Shown piece after piece: positions 59,444 to 64,000 of a stretch of DNA of 64,000 nucleotides (the first letter of the stretch is position 1; each line of letters starts with the position of its first letter). The notes beneath the pieces are model-generated. The model had not been told where the DNA came from. It searched no databases and worked only from the letters and a program-made list of their open reading frames with translations. Origin of the DNA: the human T2T-CHM13v2.0 reference genome, Homo sapiens; NCBI GenBank assembly GCA_009914755.4, contig CP068257.2:31840001-31904000 (forward strand). The letters run 5' to 3'. A program made the position numbers and the translations under genes.

Positions 59444-60035
59444 CTGGTGGGATAAGACAAGAACAAAGAAATCAGAGTATTTATAAATCTGTCTAGGAAA
59501 CAGTGGCACAGGCTACTCTTAACATGAACAACTAACACATGGCTATGTCCTGCAAATATTTAAGAAAATGTACTCTACCAGCTGTCTAACAGAACTTTCC
59601 ACCAAGCATGATTTCAGGAGAAATAGCACTTGTTTCCACAAAGGGTGAGATTAGGTAGCACCTCTACAAGTATATATGCAGCCGCCAAACACCACTGCTT
59701 GCACAGAATGAATGCTCAGTTGAATATAACATCATTTCTATAGCTGTTTAGTTTCAAAACTGCTTTCATATGTATTTGATCTTTATAATCAGTCCATTTT
59801 TCAGGTGATGATACAGCCTTAAAGAAGTGACTTAACTGGGACTGCCCAATTCCAAATACCCTAGCTTAAAAAGTATAGCATTTTACTTACAATTATATCA
59901 TGTCAAGATATAAGGTATAGGCAGACTCCAAATAAGAAACTGTGTTCTAAACGGTGGTTGAAAGGCAATTTTTGTTTGTTTCAAACTTTATTCCCAGGCT
60001 TCTTTAGCTTAATTAGCTACAAAGAATAAATTGTG

Positions 60036-60405
<370 letters not shown>

Positions 60406-61107
60406 CTAAATTTTATCAGATCCATAAACAATTTCAGAAAGCAGTCATAATGTAAAATAGCAGCTCCTAGTTACTTCATATTTTTTCTTCTTCAGAAGTT
60501 GACTCAATTCAGTTTGCCTCATTCTTAATAGCCTCATCAAAACTCCTTACAAGATCTAGAACTTCATCACCATCCCCTCCATTAGCAAGCAGTGCTTTTC
60601 CATCCACAGACTATTTGGGCAGAGCTTCAGTCGGTCTCCTTAAACTAGTCAGATTGTCTGCACCAAGCTGGTTTAAGATGCTGGTAGCATTTCTATCAGC
60701 TGCGTTGTCTCAGCATGGCCTGTAATGGTGAAAGTGTTCACTGCCCCAGAGAAATGCTACCAGCATTTTAGGTTGTTAAAGTGGATCTCTGGTCTTCATT
60801 TGTAAACATACTCACCCCTTCAATACCAGAGATATTGTTTACCCTTAACTTCTTAAGGAGAACTGAAGTTTTTATCATCTGCTGTAGCTGAACCACCTTC
60901 TTTCTGTTTCTTTTCCATCATTACGCAATTGTGCCTGCAATTTGGTTGTTTCTTTCATCTTGTCAGCGTGGAAAAGGGTCATGTGGAGGACTAGGGTTGG
61001 TGCTCAAGGGGTCCTGGGTAGACCAGCTGAGATTAGATGCACACATGTGCAGATGCAAGATGGCACAATTTCTGGTTTAAATGGTCATATAAAAGAGGCA
61101 GTTTCTG

Positions 61108-61690
<583 letters not shown>

Positions 61691-62197
61691 TTTTGTTCCT
61701 TGATCAACCTACAGATTCATTTTGCTCAAACATTTCATGTATAAAGATACTTCTATAAAACTTGGGCGTATATTATTATTTATGTCACTCTATGGGAAAA
61801 TTTGGCTTTAGTTAAGATCCGGAATGCCAGGAACCCATCTGCCTGTACCGTGGGGTCAATAAGGAGGAAATAACTCCTAGACCTGTTTGTTGAGGAGGCT
61901 ACTGAGACTGATGGGGATGTTAAAAGGTGGCCAAAAATTGGGAAGAAAGATAAGGCCTGCCTGACAGTTTGGGAGTACGGGTCTAGAGGACAAACCCCTG
62001 AGGAGGGCTTTGAAGGTAGCAGGCTCTAAATTTAATTCAGGTAGTTTTACCTATATTTCATTTGTGCATATCACATATATGCATCTTGTGATATACAGTC
62101 TCTCTTGCTAGCTACATTGGCACTGATCACATTTTTACATAGGGCTAAAACACAAAAAGAAGAATGACATGTTATTGATTAAAATGGCTGATCATAC

Positions 62198-62396
62198 CAA
62201 GGAGAGCACATCCAGCTTTTCCACAAGCTTTAGCAATTCCAGCAACAACAGCTTCAGTTACACTGAGGTCAAGTTTTCCACAGGAAAAGTAATCAAGGAA
62301 GAAGAGGGGCTCTGCTCCTTGTGCCAGAATATCATTAACACACATTGCTACCAAATCTTGACCAATGGTATCATGTTTATTGCATAGCTGGGCAAT
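62198..62396 (-). CDS. GART: GART exon (AIRS domain)
   Basis: tcttacatag|ATT GCC...; [66 protein letters not shown](G); donor gtatga. Confidence 0.9.
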
Positions 62397-62739
62397 CTAT
62401 GTAAGAACAATATAAACATCCACATTAGGGAATAAGTTCAAAATTGTATCTTATCCATTTGATTAGCTGCTCTTAACACCTAAAAACAAAAGAACACGAA
62501 ATTCTGACAAGCTACTTGGTCTAAAAGCATCCCCTTTTATCCTCTAAAGTACCCTTCCATCCAAATATAATCTAAATAATAATTTGTTATTAGAAATGTG
62601 CAGATATTTTAGCCATTTTACATGGTTATTTGGCATGGTCCTTTTTAGCTCATATATGTCAAGAGAAGAAAAATACATATTTGATATAAATTTCCTCATC
62701 TTTCCTAAAAGGCCTTTATTCACAAAGGTGTCTGATTAC

Positions 62740-62849
62740 CTTTAGTTTAGTTCCAACGCCATCTGTTCCAGAGGCCAGAAGGGGATCTTTGAAACCAGCT
62801 GCTTTTAAATCAAAAAGACCAGCAAAACCTCCAAGATCAACTTTACAGC
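62740..62849 (-). CDS. GART: GART exon (start of AIRS domain)
   Basis: ctccaacag|GC TGT...; (G)[36 protein letters not shown]; donor gtaatc. Confidence 0.9.
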
Positions 62850-63183
62850 CTGTTGGAGAGGAAATTAATTACTTGCTACATTTTAATAGATTAAACATGT
62901 AATTATTTAAATGTCTACTAGTTTAAAAAAACCAGTATATTTAGCGGCCTGTGAGATGTACTTCTGGAAGAAATAGATGATTGGAACAGCTGTTCTCAGA
63001 GATGACATAATCAAATCAACTGGGAGAATGTAATCATTTAATAGATTAACATGTAACATGTTAATAGGTTAAACATGTATATACATACCACTTGTTCATA
63101 AGAATGGCTGAAACAAGAGATGCCCTTCCTGAGTATGAGAGATTGCACCATGTGCTCAAAGAATTGATTAAGAAAGTAATTAA

Positions 63184-63494
<311 letters not shown>

Positions 63495-63504
63495 TTAAAT
63501 ACTA

Positions 63505-63911
<407 letters not shown>

Positions 63912-64000
63912 TTACAGTAACCAAGCATTGCTTTGGAAAATATTCCTGTTAAATATAAAACCCAAATCCATTCACAATGTATATCAAAGTTAATGAATTA

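Noticed and set aside
63925-63954. 30-nt minus-strand segment with a strong acceptor (ttttatatttaacag) and donor (ACT|gtaagt)
   Set aside because: Its translation (EYFPKQCLVT and the other frames) does not fit the GART sequence expected upstream of CKVDLGG; probably a chance splice-site pair. The true preceding exon lies beyond 64000.

Overview
This window is primate, most likely human, genomic DNA. I can place it at chr21q22.11 by recognising three protein products. The neighbour order is TMEM50B, DNAJC28, GART, all on the minus strand, and it matches the sequence.

Genes and exons:
- TMEM50B: coding exon 2 at 1070-1168 encodes [33 protein letters not shown]. Downstream of it on the minus strand, positions 1-1069 are TMEM50B intron 2. 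On the other side, intron 1 is about 20 kb and more than half Alu. The CpG-island promoter and a putative exon 1 lie at about 20.8-22.3 kb.
- RPS5 retrocopy: a full-length processed pseudogene at 23345-24092, intronless, with a frameshift and CpG decay.
- DNAJC28: the single-exon CDS at 30059-31225 (388 aa) sits in exon 2. Its CpG-island promoter is at 33.17-33.8 kb and carries an NRF-1-like palindrome.
- GART: the ten 3'-terminal coding exons cover the AIRS and GAR-transformylase domains. The stop is at 45958 and the poly(A) signal near 45803. Every exon has canonical splice sites and consistent phase.

Repeats:
- About 100 Alu SINEs make up roughly 45% of the window. Many have an identifiable A-tail and target-site duplications.
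- There are several L1 fragments in both orientations, an Hsmar2 mariner remnant, and microsatellites.

I see no prokaryotic, CRISPR or novel-system signal. The interest is structural:
- a composite Alu-arm array with one TSD pair;
- serial Alu insertions reusing one target;
- a 2.5-kb same-orientation Alu cluster;
- tail-to-tail inverted Alus;
- a duplicated CCAAT/GC promoter module;
- small intronic direct repeats.

All coordinates were read by eye and may be off by a few bases.
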